Positions 62,941-64,000 of a DNA stretch of 64,000 nucleotides are shown piece after piece; position 1 is the first letter of the stretch; each line of letters starts with the position of its first letter. The position numbers and the translations under genes were made by a program. This DNA comes from Acidimicrobiaceae bacterium (GTDB lineage: Bacteria > Actinomycetota > Acidimicrobiia > Acidimicrobiales > RAAP-2), in assembly GCA_027315005.1 (NCBI GenBank), contig DAHUZT010000073.1, forward strand, positions 6,459 to 70,458, written 5' to 3'. The notes under the pieces are model-generated. The model had not been told where the DNA came from and did not search any database. It saw only the letters and a list, made by a program, of their open reading frames with translations.

Positions 62941-63735
62941 ATGAAGATCGGGTTGATCTCCGGTTCTGGTACCTACCGATGGCCTGGACTCGAGCACGCA
63001 AGTGCCGAGGAGTGCGCGACCCGCTTTGGCTTCGTCGAGTTGACAGCCGGTCGGTTGCGAGGTGTCGAAGTGCTCCATCTTGCTCGCCACGGATCCGGAC
63101 ATGCTCAACTCTCGAACCAACTCAATCACCGCGCGAATCTCTCTGCACTCGTGGAGAATGGAGTCGATGCGATTCTCTCGTTCACCGTCTGCGGCGCCGT
63201 TGAGGCGGCTGTTCCCCTTGGATCGGTCATCGCTTTCAATGACTTTCATTTCCCGTCCAACCGTTTTCCAGATGGCAGTCCTTGCACGTGGCACCACACA
63301 CCGGGGGCGGCGGGCCGGGGACATTGGGTCTTCGATAATCCATTCTGTGAGCCATTGCGGCGGACCGTGCTGGCCGCTTGCCGCGATCTGGAGGTGGTGC
63401 TCATTCCAGAGGGTTGCTACGGTCACGTTGATGGGCCAAGGTTCAACACCCAGAGCGAGATTGCCGCGCTTTCCGCTGCCGGGGTCACGGCAGTGAGCCA
63501 GACCGCCGGACCCGAAGCGGAGCTGGCTGGGGAGGCCGGGGTGCCCTTCGTTCTCGTGGGATACGTGACCGACTATGCCAACGGAGTCTCAGCCGACGCT
63601 GCACAGGTCACCGACATCGCGGCTCGAATCTCACAGAGCACTGAGGTTCTAGCCGAAGTTGCGAATGCGACCCTGCCAATGATCTCACCGAACATGCTGG
63701 AACCGGCAGGCGACTTCTACCGATTCGACACCTGA
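62941..63735 (+). CDS. S-methyl-5'-thioadenosine phosphorylase / purine nucleoside phosphorylase family protein
   Basis: MKIGLISGSGTY, LARHGSGH, NHRANLSAL, GPRFNTQSEIAA, SQTAGPEAELAGEAGVPF, VTDYANG. Intact 264-aa ORF. Confidence 0.8.
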   Translation: MKIGLISGSGTYRWPGLEHASAEECATRFGFVELTAGRLRGVEVLHLARHGSGHAQLSNQLNHRANLSALVENGVDAILSFTVCGAVEAAVPLGSVIAFNDFHFPSNRFPDGSPCTWHHTPGAAGRGHWVFDNPFCEPLRRTVLAACRDLEVVLIPEGCYGHVDGPRFNTQSEIAALSAAGVTAVSQTAGPEAELAGEAGVPFVLVGYVTDYANGVSADAAQVTDIAARISQSTEVLAEVANATLPMISPNMLEPAGDFYRFDT

Positions 63736-64000
63736 GCTGTGCGTGGGCAGTCGTCGAGACGAGTTCTGTTCCAAGAGCGACGGATCGTTCCTTGAGCAAC
63801 GGGTCGTCCCTACCAAGTTGACCAACTGACCTCCAGATGATCGGGTGTGAGGACGGCTACTGCTTCCGGTTGGAGGGAGTGGGCCGGCCATCACCATAGC
63901 TGAACGACCCGACGGTCCCCTGCCCTGGTGGTGGACCACCGAGCGTGCATAGATGGCGAGGACGACCAAGGCAACCACCAGCACCACGGTCACCACGACG

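Noticed and set aside
62916-63203. ORF 62916-63203, beginning MPETLLSGDEDRVDL, as the continuation of the ACAD-like pseudogene (it resembles the VPxxxLLGxxGxG motif).
   Set aside because: It overlaps, in another frame, the N-terminus of the intact MTAP-like gene (ATG 62941, MKIGLISGSGTY). The similarity spans only about 12 residues and the remainder is Arg/Cys-rich nonsense.
63685-64000. Minus-strand ORF 63685-63996, with a hydrophobic N-terminus VVLVVALVVLAIY at the window edge.
   Set aside because: Only the first roughly 20 residues look protein-like; the rest is Ser/Arg/Pro-rich and overlaps the MTAP 3' end. A real gene may enter from beyond 64000 in another frame, but that cannot be supported from this window.

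Overview
This is a dense, high-GC chromosomal segment of an Actinomycetota-type genome. Spot counts give roughly 70-75% GC in core genes. I call about 58 protein genes, one tRNA-Asn(GUU), two or three decayed genes and several short regulatory or repeat elements. I saw no rRNA, CRISPR array, transposase or integrase.

The backbone is conserved housekeeping:
- an MFS transporter and tRNA-Asn
- dnaG-rpoD, translationally coupled
- ppdK
- glyQS-hemW-recO-uppS
- a DinG/XPD-type helicase
- era, a DUF21-CBS protein, ybeY and phoH
- a HIT / HTH / XRE trio
- rsmE (interrupted by an in-frame TAG), dnaJ and hrcA, with a CIRCE operator
- lepA and rpsT, divergent
- holA-folP
- a Trx-TPR protein
- an APH-like kinase coupled to PAC2

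Three accessory blocks stand out:
- (i) 24.6-33.1 kb: a cell-envelope glycan locus. It holds a DtxR-family repressor, an unusual fusion of two alpha/beta-hydrolase-like domains with non-canonical nucleophile elbows, two GT-B glycosyltransferases, a PAP2 phosphatase, and a lower-GC Wzm/Wzt ABC exporter with a C-terminal extra domain.
- (ii) 37.1-46.2 kb: a redox/P450 block. Its core is a 7-gene, stop/start-overlapping operon (His/Cys-rich unknown protein, TetR, P450, SDR, CYP51, ferredoxin, NTF2-like protein). From memory it is syntenic with M. tuberculosis Rv0762c-Rv0771.
- (iii) 49.4-54.6 kb: a contiguous cassette of LexA box, imuA', imuB and dnaE2, preceded by about 540 bp of non-coding DNA that carries a perfect 18-bp-stem hairpin.

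The last 3 kb has lower GC and contains a multiply frameshifted GT2 gene and an acyl-CoA-dehydrogenase-like remnant next to an intact MTAP-like gene.

All functional calls come from motif recognition on the supplied translations and manual reading of the DNA. No database search or computation was run. Start codons were re-chosen by hand wherever the ORF track gave long Arg/Pro-rich N-terminal extensions.
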